46,596 nt of DNA from NCBI GenBank assembly GCA_038120765.1, contig JAYOMI010000020.1, positions 408-47,003 on the forward strand, written 5' to 3'. This document shows, piece by piece, positions 45,597-46,596 of this stretch. Each line of letters begins with the position of its first letter. Position 1 is the stretch's first letter. A program made the translations under genes and the position numbers. The stretch comes from Rhodospirillaceae bacterium (GTDB lineage Bacteria > Pseudomonadota > Alphaproteobacteria > MPNO01 > UBA830). The notes beneath the pieces are model-generated. The model ran no database searches. It saw only the letters and a list, made by a program, of their open reading frames with translations, and was not told the origin of the DNA.

Positions 45597-46596
45597 ATGG
45601 CTGATCAATTCTTCGATTCCAGTGAAAAACCCGCCCCCGGCGGTAACCTTGTGGAACTCTCCGTCGGTGAGATTTCACAGGCAATCAAGCAGACGCTTGA
45701 GGGCGCTTTCGGACGCGTGCGCGTACGGGGCGAGGTTGGTCGGCCCAACTATCATGGCTCCGGCCATCTGTACTTTACGCTCAAGGATGCCGATGCAGCG
45801 ATGGATGCCGTCGCATGGCGCGGGACCGTCGGCAAGCTGTCGCTGAAGCTTGAAGAGGGCATGGAGGTCATCGCGACCGGGCGGATCTCCTCGTATCCGA
45901 AAAGCTCACGCTATCAGATCGTCGTCGAATCCGTCGAACTGGCGGGAGAAGGGGCGCTCCTCAAGCTGCTGGAAGACCGGCGCAAAAAGCTGGCGGCGGA
46001 AGGGCTGTTCGATGCCGGGCGGAAGCAGGACTTGCCGTTCCTGCCCGATGTGATCGGTGTGGTTACGTCACCGACCGGGGCGGTGATCCGCGATATTCTG
46101 CATCGGCTCGACGACCGGTTTCCACGCCACGTGCTCATGTGGCCGGTTCCCGTGCAGGGCGATGGTGCCGCGGCGAAAATCGCTGCCGCAATAGATGGTT
46201 TCAACGCCCTCCCGCCGGGAGGGAAGGTGCCGCGCCCCGATGTGCTGATTGTCGCCCGGGGCGGCGGCAGTCTCGAGGATCTCTGGCAGTTCAATGAAGA
46301 GGTCGTGGTCCGTGCCGCGGCGAATTCCACGATTCCCCTGATTTCTGCGGTCGGTCATGAAACCGATACGACATTGATCGACTATGCGTCTGACCGGCGC
46401 GCGCCGACACCGACCGCTGCTGCCGAAATGGCGGTGCCGGTGCGGGCCGAATTGCTTGGACAGGTGCTTGATGACGAACGCCGTTTGATTGCAGCGGCCG
46501 GGCGGCTGATGGACGACAGGCGCACCCGGATCGAGGGGCTCGCGCGCGGACTTCCCCGGCCGCTTGAACTGCTTGAAGGGGCGATGCAGTCTCTCG
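45597..46596 (+). CDS. xseA: Exodeoxyribonuclease VII large subunit (3' end truncated by window edge)
   Basis: My own translation from ATG 45597: MADQFFDSS...[27 protein letters not shown]...GHLYFTLKD...[11 protein letters not shown]...[16 protein letters not shown]. The frame stays open to the end of the window. It is absent from the ORF track because it has no stop codon. Confidence 0.9.
   Translation, partial: MADQFFDSSEKPAPGGNLVELSVGEISQAIKQTLEGAFGRVRVRGEVGRPNYHGSGHLYFTLKDADAAMDAVAWRGTVGKLSLKLEEGMEVIATGRISSYPKSSRYQIVVESVELAGEGALLKLLEDRRKKLAAEGLFDAGRKQDLPFLPDVIGVVTSPTGAVIRDILHRLDDRFPRHVLMWPVPVQGDGAAAKIAAAIDGFNALPPGGKVPRPDVLIVARGGGSLEDLWQFNEEVVVRAAANSTIPLISAVGHETDTTLIDYASDRRAPTPTAAAEMAVPVRAELLGQVLDDERRLIAAAGRLMDDRRTRIEGLARGLPRPLELLEGAMQSL

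Noticed and set aside
1-46596. Window-wide look for CRISPR arrays, rRNA or tRNA genes, riboswitch-like leaders (FMN, SAM, T-box, ykkC), integrases and prophage or defence-island hallmarks.
   Set aside because: None was recognised by eye. Apart from the short repeats listed above, no regularly spaced repeats are visible. Leaders of ribF, ileS, purD and the MATE gene are too short or lack conserved riboswitch cores. A covariance-model scan (Rfam, tRNAscan) would be needed to be definitive.

Overview
GC-rich chromosomal segment, most likely alphaproteobacterial: it has a GTTC-N7-GTTC LexA box, an ileS-lspA-DUF3035 arrangement and divergent purD/xseA. I support about 44 protein-coding genes. I found no rRNA, tRNA, CRISPR array, integrase or IS element with terminal repeats. 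Housekeeping blocks: ribF-ileS-lspA, two M16 peptidases, pgi-mutL, rsmD with a pseudouridine synthase, tadA, and purD/xseA. Accessory blocks: (1) A LexA-box-controlled imuA-imuB-dnaE2 SOS mutagenesis cassette carries an extra HUH/Y1-transposase-like gene between imuB and dnaE2. This is my best candidate for something undescribed. (2) A NaChBac-type voltage-gated Na+ channel gene lies back-to-back with that cassette. (3) A co-directional cluster encodes a small protein, a GGDEF cyclase, a DUF62 SAM hydrolase-like protein and a TauE exporter. (4) A glycosyltransferase module (TPR-GT9-like plus GT8-like). The TPR-GT9 gene and a nearby MATE transporter are each broken by a single in-frame TAG. (5) An OmpR/EnvZ-like two-component system has a divergent CpxP/Spy-like gene and duplicated GTAAC-N5-GTTAC operator motifs. 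It sits upstream of two tandem UbiD-family decarboxylase paralogs, and no UbiX is present in the window. (6) A patchwork aromatic-type catabolic region holds Rieske alpha/beta, a VanA-like Rieske oxygenase, an HpcH aldolase, a VOC-like protein, a secreted cyclase/formamidase-like protein, a thioesterase and a DMT transporter. It has no reductase, ferredoxin or regulator. All functional calls come from motif recognition by eye. No database search was run.
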